Below are positions 11,887 to 24,820 of a stretch of DNA of 64,000 nucleotides, one piece after another. The stretch's first letter is position 1; the number at the start of each line of letters is the position of its first letter. The position numbers were made by a program, and so were the translations under genes. The notes under the pieces were generated by a model. The model saw nothing but the letters and a program-made list of their open reading frames with translations, ran no database searches and had not been told where the DNA came from. The stretch is from Octopus sinensis (taxonomy: Eukaryota): contig NC_043000.1 in the NCBI RefSeq assembly GCF_006345805.1, forward strand, positions 109,430,001 through 109,494,000. The letters are read 5' to 3'.

Positions 11887-11945
11887 CATACATATACACA
11901 TACACGCATATATATATATCATGAGTGTGTGTATATAATATATAT

Positions 11946-12012
<67 letters not shown>

Positions 12013-12045
12013 ATAGATAGATAGATAATAGATAGATAGATAGAT

Positions 12046-12082
<37 letters not shown>

Positions 12083-12403
12083 ATATCCAATATGTATTTT
12101 TGCATATATGTATGTATATCCCCAACTATAGAATATATAGTGATGAGATGACAGCAAAGCAGTTCCGTAGTTTTGAAATAGTATCATGCGCCAAAAACGG
12201 AGCAAAAGACTAAAAAATATTAGCAAAAATGCTCCCAGCATATAACAACATCATACACGCACACACACATGCACTCACACACATTCATTGTCGTGTGTAG
12301 ACACAAAAACATTGAAAATGAAGCAAAGAAAAAGCAAAACCTTCAAGGAATTGCCTGAAACTCATCAAATAGTCAGCAACTGTTTAACAGCTGAACAATA
12401 AAC

Positions 12404-12437
12404 ATTGGATTGGCCACGCATCTGACGTGGCCATTGG
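12404..12437. promoter_or_regulatory. Candidate cis-regulatory cluster (3 CCAAT boxes plus CCACG and TGACGTGG)
   Basis: ATTGG at 12404, 12409 and 12433; CCACG at 12414; TGACGTGG at 12423; near-palindromic. Confidence 0.3.
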
Positions 12438-12949
12438 CGCATGGCATATTCCTGTAAAGCTTTTTAGCATAGGAGACCGAAATACAGAAGAGAGTCAGGA
12501 GCAAAAAGAAAATAAAAGAGATAAATAAATATATAAATGAATAAACGTGAAAAATAAAATTGCACAAAAGAAGATGGGGAAAAGATGAAGGAAAGGAAGA
12601 GGGTGAAGCGATATGTGTAAGACAAAAGAAATTGTATGTGGAAGGGTGGGGGTGCGTGTGGGTATGTGTGTGTGTGTGTGTGTTGTGTGTGTGTGTGTGT
12701 GAGGATAATGATAAAAAGAAAATCTGATATTGCTTTTGTTTTTCTTTTTAGTCCGAGTTGTAAAACGAGAACTTTCATGAAAGAGGGAAACAATCCGTGA
12801 TGCTTGTGCGATGTTTGTGCAATAATTGTGTGAACTGGAAAGATGTTGGTATAATGATTTTTAGCACAAGGTCACAAACTAGATGAACAAGGGTGGAGGC
12901 GATTTCTGGTCGATTTTAGTATAAATAGGAGCAGATAGACATGACTAAA

Positions 12950-13180
12950 GGCGGCGAGCTGGCAGAAACGTTAGCACGCCGGGCGAAATGCTTAGCGGTA
13001 TTACGTCTGCCGTTACGTTCTGAGTTCAAATTCCGCCGAGGTCGACTTTGCCTTTCATCCTTTCGGGGTCGATAAACTAAGGACCGGTTAAGCGCTAGAG
13101 TCGATGTAATCGACTTAATCCGTATGTCTGTCCTTGTTTGTCCCCTCTATGTTTAGCCCCTTGTGGACAATAAAGAAATA
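12950..13180 (+). mobile_element. tRNA-derived CORE-like SINE family A with 15-bp target-site duplication
   Basis: GGCGGCGAGCTGGCAGAA head, GAGTTCAAATTCC B-box, GTCGACTTTGCCTTTCATCCTTTCGGGGTCGATAAA core. TSD AGATAGACATGACTA at 12933-12947 and 13181-13195. Confidence 0.9.
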
Positions 13181-13619
13181 AGATAGACATGACTATGTCA
13201 TTAACAAGCTAGCTTTGTAACCACATGGTTTCGGGTTCGGTCCCACACTGCGGCTCTTCGGGCAAGTGTCTCTTCTACTATACCCATCGAGCCACCAATT
13301 CCAATACCGTTGAATGAGCATTGTACCGGATGTCTATTGGAGAGCATAGATCTCTTTAGTCTTTTGATATGGAAGGTATACTTCTATGATTTTTAGGAAA
13401 AGGATAAGTCCATCGACATTTTGATAGAAGAATGTGCAGATGGTCATCAAATGTCAAGGAACGAAACCGTTTTATTTTTTTCAGATTTGGAAGATTTTAA
13501 TTCCTCTCCATACAAACGCAATGCTGACATAACAAAGCACAAAAACCGAGAAAGCTTTGATCTTTCCTGATAAAACTAATATATTTTGCGAGTTGAACAA
13601 TAAGTTACACAATGCAGTA

Positions 13620-13820
13620 ATAGTCCTTTCTACTTTAGGTCTGAAATTTGGCGGGAGAAGGTAAATCGATTACAGTGCACAGCTGGTACTTAACTCATGG
13701 GCCCCGAAAGGATGAAAATCAGAAAAGATAAGAAAAAAAAAATCAACCTCTGCGGAATTTGAACTCAAAGATGGATGAAGTGATGATAAGCGTGCTAACG
13801 TTTCGGCCAGCTCTCCACCT
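13620..13820 (-). mobile_element. Decayed SINE family A
   Basis: CCCCGAAAGGATGAAA and CGGAATTTGAACTC motifs. Confidence 0.65.
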
Positions 13821-14980
13821 GAGTACTCAGTAATAATAAAACCCGGAATTATCTGACAGGCAACGCACAGACCTATTGCTGTATTAATTTGAATGCAAAG
13901 GATACAACAGAAAAGAGGCTAAATTGATGACAGACTAGAAATATTGAAAATGAATTTGCTTCCGACCGGAAGTGCAAGTCGATAAAAAACATTTGTGATC
14001 GGCGAAGTTTGTGAGAAAAATTCTAAGAAAGATTTATCACACCAACAGAAAAAAGTGAAAACTACTGCATACTTAGGCAGTCATAACTTGAATAGATGTA
14101 TTTAGTTATGAAAATAACGTCTTCGTAAAATAGGGGGCAGCAAAAGAGACTAATAGAATATGTACCAGGATTTGAAAACTAATTACTGGAGTCGTTTGCT
14201 TCTTTAAGATGTCATAGCATGGCCGTAGTTTTATTAATGAAAGTTAAAAAACATAAAAGATGAATTTACCTAATTCGATATTGTAGACATTTGTTAATTC
14301 ATTTATAAAGCATTTCACATTTGTTAAGATTTGCAACACTATGCACTATAATGATATTGTAATATAATGCCCGTTAGGAAGACACTGCTTTTCGATACAG
14401 GCTTTTTTCGATAATTAATCACTGATGTCAATGTATGTCCATAAAAAGAAATCGAATCATCCTACAGTGACGATATTTAAGTTGACAGTTATGGAATAAA
14501 GGGAGATGACGTAATGGAGAAGATAAGGGAATTGAGGCTCATAATGTCGAATTTGAGGTTGAAGTTGACGAGATTAAGGCTGATGGTGACGAAATTGAGA
14601 GGAAAACCTGTACATTACTATGAATATATGATGTATGTATGTATGTATGTATATATGTGTATGTATATATATGTGTGTGTGTGTGCGTGTGCGTGTGTGT
14701 GTGCGTGTGTGTGTGCGTGTGCGTGTGCGTGTGCGTATGTATACATATATGTATATAGGTATGTATGTATGTATGTATGTATCTATCTATCTATCTATAT
14801 ATATGTGTGTGTGTGTGTATACATATATATATATATATACATGTAAATGTATTTTTATACGTATACATACAAATATGATGCATCCATGTATATGTTTGTG
14901 CGTATGTGTGTGTGTATGTAAGAGTAAACACAGAAAAATTCAGAGACAGCGAAAGATGACACTTTCGTACACACACACAG

Positions 14981-15021
<41 letters not shown>

Positions 15022-15078
15022 CTACATACCTACATACATACATACATACATACATACATACATACATACATACATACA

Positions 15079-15114
<36 letters not shown>

Positions 15115-15503
15115 TACGTAGTTCAACAGACACAGAGACATATTGAGAGAGAGGGAGAGAAAGGCAGTGAGAGACACAGCAAGAGCCGACTCTTCCCCGG
15201 TTGAGATCCAGTTTCATGCGCGTTTCGACGAAGCGCTTACATAAACATCACACCTCAAGCTGTATGGTTGTGATGCTGTTGCAGTGAGTGCACACAAGAA
15301 TGCAACACTTCAAAGTACATCTCCAATCTTCTGCGGGGCATAAAAATAAATGTTATGTTTAATTAACACCCTCACGACTAAAAATATATCTGCCAACCCA
15401 TCCCATCCCCTGAGTATTATGTCAGATAACGAAATTCAAGCTACGTACATGTGTATGTGTAATGTGTGTGTGTATACATACATATATATATATATATATA
15501 TAT

Positions 15504-15554
<51 letters not shown>

Positions 15555-15599
15555 CATATATATATATACAAATATATATACATATATATATATATACAA

Positions 15600-15643
<44 letters not shown>

Positions 15644-15670
15644 CATATATATATACATAATATATTATAT

Positions 15671-15707
<37 letters not shown>

Positions 15708-15880
15708 GCATAAATACATGTATGCATATTTGGCATCCGTCGTTCCTGTAGACCATGGAGAGCATTTGGGTAGGTAGATCAAATGTAAGATCTGAAATGA
15801 CGAGTGTGGAGTCGAATATTCCACACATGCAGCCTCTGCCGCAGATGTTGTACATACATACATGCATACATACATGTGCG

Positions 15881-15926
<46 letters not shown>

Positions 15927-16356
15927 ATATATATATATTATATATATATATATACACATATGTATCTATATATGTATACACGCGCACACCAAACCGAATG
16001 AGTAAAAAGTTTCAAAGAATACATGTTGATTTGCGCTAGTATTTTTTGTTGTTTTTTGCTGGGGTGTTTTTTTTTTAAGTTTTTTTAATGTTTTTATGTT
16101 TTTACCATCTTCTGGTAATCACCTGCTGTCACGTTGTTCTACCTTTGATGCATTGGAGCATTTCAAAATCGGTTAAGTACTCTACGGATGGAATTATTTC
16201 GTCATATCACATCGCTTCATCCGACTAACAGGAAGATGTATATGTGTGCGTGTGAAGAGGGTGAGGAAAAGAGAGATTGAGAGAGCCAAGGAGAAGGGGG
16301 AAAGATTTATGCTTAAACACGTGCACGTATTGTGTGCTCGTGTGTAGTGTATATAC

Positions 16357-16462
<106 letters not shown>

Positions 16463-16494
16463 ATATATACATATATATATACATATATATATAC

Positions 16495-16541
<47 letters not shown>

Positions 16542-16734
16542 TATTGTATACATACACACATACACACAAATATATATATATGCATATATTATATGTATAC
16601 ATATATATCTATTATCTATCTATCTATATATATATAATATATATATATATAAATATAATATATATATATATATTATATATATATATATAATATATATATA
16701 TTATATATACATATATATATATTTGTATATATAC

Positions 16735-16778
<44 letters not shown>

Positions 16779-16789
16779 GCGTTAATCAT

Positions 16790-18900
16790 TACTGGTTAGT
16801 TATTGCTAAATTTACTCAGTCCATTCTTTTCTGCTTGGTTCTGACCAGAAACGACTCTGACGAAAGTAGCATTAATCTTCTCGGTCTTCCAATGCTTCTC
16901 AACCTCTCAACCTAGGAACTGTTTTCCAAGTCTCATGGTGTTATCAGCCTCGTGTATGCAAACTTGGTCAAGGGATGCACTTCGACGCTTGCTAGTTAAA
17001 AGATGTTGCTGAAGGGATGTGATCCGACATTCAAAGGCAATTTTGGATTAATTTAGCCTTTGCAATTTAGTTTTCGTTTTAGGTAGAGGCTTCCCCGTCC
17101 CTGTTGACGTGGATATTGTGTGTCCTGGTTTGTATCTTCCCAGTCTTCACATCAATGGCTCGGATCTCATCAAGCCTCCAATCAAGCAGCCCAAATGTTG
17201 GTTCGAGTACTGGCGCTGCAAACACATTGTGGGCAACTGTTTTATTGAATACTGAGAGTTGTAAGATATATTTTCTTTATTTGGTTGTAATATTCTTTAG
17301 TGACACGTGTTGTGTTACGGGTGCCTTTGTTACGGGTGCCTGTATTACGAGTGCTTTTGTAAGATATGCTTTCATTCACTCGTAGATACTTGTAACATTC
17401 CTCATCAATTAAGTCATTGATGGAAAGGCTTCTAATCTGGTTTACAGTTTACTCTCTTTTCACAATCATATCGTAACATTCATCCTGACCAAACTCCAAA
17501 CCTCTGAGAATGTTGTAACTAGATGAAGGCTCTTTTTCTTCTCATGCATATTCTTGGCTTACAGTTTCAAGTCATCCTCAAAGAAGCAGCGTGTAACTTT
17601 GGTTGTGAACCAGTGAGATTCTTCTCATACATCTTTGACATGAATGACAAGGGGTTTACAGAAAGTATGAACATCACAGAAAGGTTGTCCCCTTGGAATA
17701 CACTTCTGTTGTACTGTATTTTATCGGCATCAATACAATCGCTTTTTGTATTTAACTTCAAGATGATGGCCCACGATGAAGTCATATCAGCTATGGCTTT
17801 GACTATGCTCTCTGGAACTTTAGCGTGTCGAAGAGCTTCTAGCATCCATGAGTGTGGGACAGAGTCAAAGGTTTTCTTGTCTAGCCGCATTGAAACTAGG
17901 TACCTCTTATGCTCTCGCATCTCTGACATAACAGTTTTGTTTATTAACAATTGCTCGGCACATCCCCAGACTCACTAATTCGCTGCCTCTTCTACTGTGG
18001 TGATGTTATTACATTCACAATAGTCCCGGAGGCAGAGGTTTAAACATGTTGTATATATTTTATATTAATTCTTCTTTAGCATGTGGGTGGTTCTGCTTTC
18101 GCGGATCAGTTTTATTTCTGCCAAAGCTAACCAGTTTTTTAAGATATGATCGGCAGAAGACTAGCTTATTGTTCCAGTATCCAACAATTAAGTCTCTTCC
18201 AGATACTTTCCCATCCTGAAGTTTCTGGATTACAGTCATAAGGGTATCACCATCAATGCTGCATGTCTTAGGTGTAATGCAAGGACAATATCGTCCTCGA
18301 ATTTCTTCCGGCCACGGAGAATCTTGGTTAAACCCCATCTTTTCGCTCCAGATTTTTCTCCAGAAGGAGTCTATGTCTTCTCGTGAAAGAGCTTCTGTGA
18401 TATTCACTTCTTCCCCTTTCATGTCTCTGTATACTGCTGCCCGGTTCCGGTTGAACTTTTTGTTTATTACTTTTCTCTCGGTTATTCTCCTCTAATGTCC
18501 GAGTTTCTCACGGACAGCCCTTAGCTCCTGCTCGAGAGCGATCAGTTTGAAAGTGAGTGTCCTCTCTTTGCTATCTCCAAACATCACTTCTCTCTACTTA
18601 TTCACTATTTGTTGGTGAGACAGTTATTTGCTTGTATGTGACGCAATAAGCATTGTCACACAGCTGATGGTCTTCTCTACATCAGCTTTCTCTATCTTCA
18701 AAACTCATGATGGTACTGCCTTCGTTGTTTCGGTTTTGTTTAATTTTTCAGTGTTGCTCATGTACAGGGAATATAGATAGATAATCTGCCAGAACGAGGG
18801 ATCATCACCCTGCTGTAAGAACTCGTCTCCAATTTCATTAACGCGTCTGCTGGTATTTGACTTTCGAGACTTCAAAGCCCAAGTTACTTTTTGTTGAAAA
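16790..18900 (-). mobile_element. R4/Dong-clade LINE internal fragment (RT), frameshifted
   Basis: ORF 17567-17950 KTFDSVPHSW...VFQGDNLS. ORF 18060-18422 FWRKIWSE...KVSGRDLIVGYW. Near 17250-17140, HNVFAAPVLEPTFGLLDW. Confidence 0.85.
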
Positions 18901-19194
18901 AGTTTATTAAGGGCCTGTTTCACCGATATATAACCTTGGTTTTTTACGACTAGAATGATCGTTACGGTTGTGCCTGCTATTTACAATAGTTGCAATAGAG
19001 GGACAGTGGTCAGTTACTTTAGCCTATACTGTATTTCAGGTGGTAGGGAGCGTAGTATCTTTTAGAATGTCTCTAATTGAGAAAACATGGTATTCTCACA
19101 TCGTTCACGTTTAGGAGAAGATTAATTTCAGATTTTTTCTAAATAAAATTACATTCACCAACTTTCTTTCTATGTTCCATAAATTAAAAGACTC

Positions 19195-19510
19195 CGCCGG
19201 TTACGACGACGAGGGTCCCAGCTGATACGATCAACGGAACAGCTTGCTCGTGAAATTAACGTGCAAATGGCTGAGCATTCCACAGACACGTGTACCCTTA
19301 ACGTAGTTCTCGGGGATAATCAGCGTGACACAGAGAGTGACAAGGCTGACCCTTTGAAATACAAGTACAACTAATTTTTGCCAGCTGAGTGGACTGGAGC
19401 AACGTGAAATAAAGTGTCTTGCTCAAGGACACAACGCGTCGCCGGGAATCGAACTCACAACCTTACGATCATGAGCCGAATGCCCTAACCACTAAGCCAC
19501 GCGCCCTCAC
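19195..19510 (-). mobile_element. tRNA-derived SINE: family C 3' module with a different CORE-like head
   Basis: Minus head GGCGCGTGGCTTAGTGGTTAGGG...GAGTTCGATTCCC, then TTGTGTCCTTGAGCAAGACAC, then the shared 3' module. Confidence 0.85.
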
Positions 19511-20072
19511 TCTTCCATAAATATTGCTTGCTTGTTAGCATAATTGTTTTGCAATAAAACAAATTTAGTTCTGCTTACAGATCATCGCAGTATGCTTTCA
19601 ACCTATTCATATATGTACAGCAGCGAAGTTTTGTTTCACTCACTTGTAACAGTTAAATAAATCATTATTCACTTCGTAGCTCCAAGAAAAATATGTTTTG
19701 TAGTTACGGTTTCTTCAATAACTGCAGCGAGAAAGAATCTTGGTTTCCCTGTTTCTTTGTTGTTTTCTTTCTGTATGTCCAGTCATGCATGGTAAAAATC
19801 AAGCTTCAGTCGAAAATCACTACGATTTTCAATAAAAGCTTCTCCCAATTAATTCATCTAAAGATTAATCAGTTATATAACAGGGTTGATAGCAATAGAT
19901 TCAAAGCTGGACAGAGGGCTCATTGTATTTCGATAATTAATCTCCTACCTCAAATACGCGACTTGTTGCTTCGGTTATGTATGTATGTATGTATGTATGT
20001 ATGTATGTATGTATGTATGTATGTATGTATGTATGTATGTGTGTGTATGTATGTATGTTGTATGTATGTATG

Positions 20073-20103
<31 letters not shown>

Positions 20104-20126
20104 ATATGTATGTATGTATGTGTGTG

Positions 20127-20154
<28 letters not shown>

Positions 20155-20158
<4 letters not shown>

Positions 20159-20747
20159 AATAAGAGGTATAAGAACTTGCTGAAGGCTTCCTTAAGAGAT
20201 GCTTGCATCTCTCCTGACTCATGGGAAGGCATAGCTATTGATCGTAGCAGGTGGAGAAGGATTGTGCATGAGGGGACAGCCACGTTTGAGAAATCCCGAG
20301 TTGCACATGAGAAAGTAAGGAGGAATGTCAGGAAGGGCATCGCTGTTACACTTCCAGAAGGGAAGGGTCTTCCTTTGATTCTGACATGCAATGTCTGTGC
20401 AAGGCCCTGCCTCAGTAAAACTGGACTCATGAGTCATCTTCGTAGTCATAAAACGAGACAGAAGAGTGACAACCTGGCCACTGGTGGTGGTGTAACACAC
20501 CAAACTAATCATATCTGTTGGGCATGTGGAAGAGAGTGTAATTCGGCAGGAGGACTTAAACGACATGCAAAGGTATATGAAGCCCAGTTACAACTACAGC
20601 CGGCTATTACCACTAAAGGTTTTAATTGCCAATTTTGTACAAGACATTGTAGATCTTTAGCTGGGCTAAAAAGTCACATTCGATCACAGCATCAGTAACA
20701 GTTAAGCTTCGTGCAATGGCCATACTCGATACCGAGGGGGCAGCCAT
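20155..20747 (+). mobile_element. RTE-clade LINE 3' end with three C2H2 zinc fingers
   Basis: KRYKNLLKASLRDACISPDSWEGIAIDRSRWRRIVHEG (BovB-like), then CNVC..H..H, CWAC..H and CQFC..H...H; stop at 20698. Tail GCAATGGCCATACTCGATACCGAGG then (ATGT)n. Confidence 0.9.
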
Positions 20748-21031
20748 AATGTATGTATGTATGTATGTATGTATGTATGTATGTATGTATGTATGTATGT
20801 ATGAGCCCTTTCGGCTAGTAAAGAAATATTTTCATTAGATTGGCCGAATCGTTAGAGCATCGGCGTGTCTTGCTGAATTCAAATATCGCCAAGGTAGTCA
20901 TTGCCTGTCATTCCCCAGAATCGACAATATAATTCTAGTCATATTCTGGGGTCCATGTAATCAACCAATGTTCTCTCAAATTTATTGGTCTTTTACCCAA
21001 ATTAGAAGCAATTGTTATTCTAATTATTATT

Positions 21032-21076
<45 letters not shown>

Positions 21077-21775
21077 AGTGGATGCATGGAGTCATTAGAG
21101 CGTCGGATGTTTGGTTCGATTCTTTATGTCCTAAGGTCTAAGTTACTTTTCCCTGACCAGTATCGATAAAAAGGTATCAGTTATGCACAGGGTTCGATAT
21201 AATCACCTGTTGCTTTCACTTCAATTCCTCGCTCGGCGTATAGATACGAAAACACTGGCATGAACAAACGCTGGCTTTGCTCAGACTACGTTTCACTTAA
21301 CCCTTTGCCTGCCCAATGCATTTTCATAAGTTTGTCATAAACATTGATGCTTCTTTACAGACTTTTAATTAACCCTTGCTCAATATATTCTGAGTAATAT
21401 AAAGCTTTCTTTGTATAAGTCCCAAGTTACTCTAGGGGTTGAAAAAAATTGGGAATGTTTATCACATATAATGCATGAACGCCAGATAAATATGGTCGAT
21501 GTATCACTTTTTACGCTAAAATCTAAGCGGACAATGTAATGTAGAAAGATGACCCTTCAAAGACTAGGTAGAAGAAACAGGCGTTTTATTGTATGTTGCA
21601 GTGTTTCGGTGAGCGTTGGACGATATCCAGCTGCATGTGTAACAACACAACTAAATGTTGGAGATAAAAAGAAAGAAAGAATATGTTTAACTTTGCTATA
21701 GAACATAGGTTTTTTCCCCCTTTCTTAGCTGTGCTTGCTACATAATGTCAAAATTCTTGATAAAGTGTCACCTAC

Positions 21776-21844
21776 GATGAAGTTTAGCTTGGGAACGAAC
21801 AAACATCCAGTGAAGTTAATGTCGTCGCTCTCAATTGGAACCAC
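21776..21844 (-). CDS. Candidate isolated 69-nt coding exon (VVPIESDDINFTGCLFVPKLNFI)
   Basis: Minus: tttttttgtcag|GTG...ATC|gtaggt; open in phase 0; lies in unique sequence. Protein not recognised. Confidence 0.4.
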
Positions 21845-21872
21845 CTGACAAAAAAAACTTTCTTTAGGTCTA

Positions 21873-22108
21873 CAGTAATCTCTCGACTATTGCGGATTTT
21901 CCGTTTCAAAACCCCACCGCGATAGCTGAAAATTCGAAGTAGAAACAGTACTGTACTGTATATATTTTTTTATTATTTTCATAATTTGTACATATTTATT
22001 TTATAGTAAATGCAAAACAACACCTCGGAGGAATCGACGTAAGCTCAGATAATAAACCGCGATAGGTGAACCGCAATAGGTGAACCGCGATAAGGCGAGG
22101 GATTACTG
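21873..22108. mobile_element. Tigger/pogo-like MITE
   Basis: Imperfect TIRs CAGTAATCTCTCGACTATTGCGG / CCGCGATAAGGCGAGGGATTACTG; TA at the left end. Confidence 0.8.
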
Positions 22109-22993
22109 CATTTCATTGTTTCAAATTTTGGCAAAAGATCTTCAGTTTTTTGGTAAGGGGATTGGTAGAATAGGCTGACGATTCAAGCAGCTTCTCGCGC
22201 TTTGGAAGTATAATATCGACATGGTAGAATCCCGAGTGCGTCGGACAAAATGCTTAGCGGCATTTCTTCCTTTTTTTACGTTCCAAGTTCAAGTAATGGC
22301 GAGGGCTTACAAGTTGTGACCATTCCATCGGTAATGTCATTTGTTGTCTGCCATTTCTTTGATAGAGACTAGGCTGCTATTTCCAGCAATTCGAACCACC
22401 ATATAATAGTCCTCTCAAGACCTGTGTTATTGATGGGGTTGTTTTATTGGTTGATAATGTGATGACGTTAGTGGCATTGTATTGGTATGGTGGTGGTGGT
22501 GGTGGAAGTTTCCTGCTGGTGTAATGGTATGGTTTTTATGGCACGAGACACAGTGGTATGGCTATTCAATATCAGGAATGAAAAGTGTGCAGCTAGCGAA
22601 GCTAATTGCGACAAAACATCATTATGATAATAACTCATTAGCTACGACCAGCTGTTTTTGTCAGGAAATGTCTAATGGTTGAGAATGTCGAGGAAAATAG
22701 AAACTGGAGCGGCGGCAACAGCAGCGACGTAGACAAAGAAAGAGAGAGAGAGGTTATAAGCAGAGGTGGGAAGATAGGGAGGGAGGGAGGGAGAGAAAGA
22801 AAGAGAGAGAGGTGGGGAGAAAGGGAGAGAGTAGAGAGGGCGAAGATACTTCTTACCTTCATTCTTGAACAGCAATACGCCGTCACCATCTTTGCATTTA
22901 CCAAGAAAAATTCGCTCACGTGTCTCTCTTTCTATAGAGTATACACACACACACATACATACATACACACACACACATATATATATACATATA

Positions 22994-23152
22994 GGCGCAG
23001 GAGTGGCTGTGTGATAAGAAGCTTGTGTTCCAACCACATGGTTCCCGGTTCAGTCCCATTACGTGGAACCTTGGGCAAGTGTCTTCTACTACAGCCTCGG
23101 GCCAACCAAAGCCTTGTGAGTGGATTTGGTAGGCGGAAACTTAAAGCCCGTC

Positions 23153-23203
<51 letters not shown>

Positions 23204-23440
23204 AACATGTATGTATTTGTGTGTCTGTGATTGCCTCCCTCCCCCACCACCATCACTCGCTTGACAACCGCTGTTGGTCAGTTTACGACTCCGTAACTTA
23301 GCGGCTCGGCAAAAGAGACCAATAGAATAAGAACTAGGCTTACAAAAAATAAGTCCTGGGGTCGATAAGTTCGACAAAATGCGGTGCTCCAACATGGCCG
23401 CAATCAAATAACTGAAACAAGTAAAAGAATAAAAGAATAA
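22994..23440 (+). mobile_element. Full-length SINE family B
   Basis: GGCGCAGGAGTGGCTGTG head, GGTTCAGTCCC B-box, internal microsatellite, CR1-like tail, (AAAAGAAT)n end. Confidence 0.9.
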
Positions 23441-23463
23441 GAATACACACACACACACACACT

Positions 23464-23505
<42 letters not shown>

Positions 23506-23579
23506 ACACATACACACACACACATATGTTTCAGGAAAAAAAAAGAAAGTAGAAAATGCTAAAATAATTCTATCATTGT

Positions 23580-23830
23580 ACTTCATGATAAATTTTTTTA
23601 GTATTTTCTACTTTGTTTTTACGGAGATGTATTTGCATAGCAAGTGACCTGATCTGAGATCGTGTTCTGGAACGGAAACAATTGCAGCGTGGAAGGCGTT
23701 TATAGGCCATTTAAGAAACACACAAAACCGTTAAATTCACTTCAACATTTAAATTTAATTTATCAAAATATTTTCGTCGCTTTGAGACCGCGACCTGTTC
23801 ACTGACAAAACTCTGTGCTGAATCAAGGCG
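23580..23830. repeat. Unclassified interspersed repeat
   Basis: Recognised from memory as an abundant octopus repeat (GCATAGCAAGTGACCTGATCTGAGATCG...); not verifiable within the window. Confidence 0.35.
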
Positions 23831-24624
23831 CATCAGCACGTAAGACGCTGGAAATGGTTAGGTACGATAACATAGATCACAGAATGAAGTAAATAAGTCA
23901 TCAAGCATTGGTAGGATACTATAGATTTGCAAATATCAAATCCAGTTTAAACCACGGATCCGACTATGGAGTTTGCCGTCGGTGTAGCATAGGTATAAAA
24001 AATAAAATAAAAATGGCGTTAAAAACTTACGACAGCTGTTTCGGCAAAATTTTGTCAGAGAATAAAATTAAAAACACGTGAGATATTTTACATCGACCCA
24101 GACTAATCAACCTAAGGTTCGATTTTTCCGGATCGATGTGAAAAATGTTACCTGTTTCAGATCTTACCTGTTTAAAGTTTGGATGCTGGTGAATTATAGT
24201 TTGCCGCTGTCTGTTCGTCTCTGACGAGATTGTTTTATCGTTTTTTAACTTTATTTAATAATATCGGTGTATTTGTGTGTCTGTGTGTCCGCATGACCAT
24301 ATGTGTATGCCTGCCTCGATGTGTGTGTGCTTACGCGAACATGTGTATACTTATCTCAATAACCTTTTTCTTAGTTTTCCTATTTTTTGTGTTTTATTTA
24401 CAATTAACTAAATGTAGGCCCATTACCTGTGTATATAAAAAATAAACTGTATCCATTCCATACCATTCCACACTAGGAAACCTTGTATATCGCCAGTGAC
24501 AGGCAAATAACGACGTGCATTATAATGGAGCCGTATTTATGTATGTATGTATGTATGTATGTATGTATGTATGTATGTATGTATGTATGTATGTATGTAT
24601 GTATGTGACCTCGTGTGTACCGTT

Positions 24625-24810
24625 GGCAATTTTTTTCCTCTGTCTTCCCTTCTCTGGATCTTTCCTTCTCCTATGTTTCCGACGAAGAGCTCCGCTCGAA
24701 ACGTTTAACCCTCCTTCTTTCCTTCTTTCCTGGGCGTCCAATAATACTATATTTGTTCCACGTCCTCGCGTTGTTGTGTTTTTTTGTGCTTTCTTGTTTG
24801 GATTAACTAT
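24625..24810 (+). mobile_element. Short TA-terminated repeat with variant hammerhead-like motif (24675-24709)
   Basis: GUUU-CCGACGA-A-GAGC UCC GCUC-GAA-ACGU-U-UAAC. The 3' part matches 34810-34890. Confidence 0.6.
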
Positions 24811-24820
24811 ATATATATAT

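Noticed and set aside
13486-13572. Possible terminal exon DLEDFNSSPYKR...
   Set aside because: Only an acceptor supports it; peptide not recognised.
15205-15250. GAAACGCGC hammerhead-like half (minus)
   Set aside because: No CUGANGA half and a broken stem III.
19420-19510. tRNA-like sequence
   Set aside because: It is a SINE head with no acceptor stem; no true tRNA gene was seen in the window.
24210-24250. CUGACGA-GAU..AUC
   Set aside because: Lacks the following GAAA.
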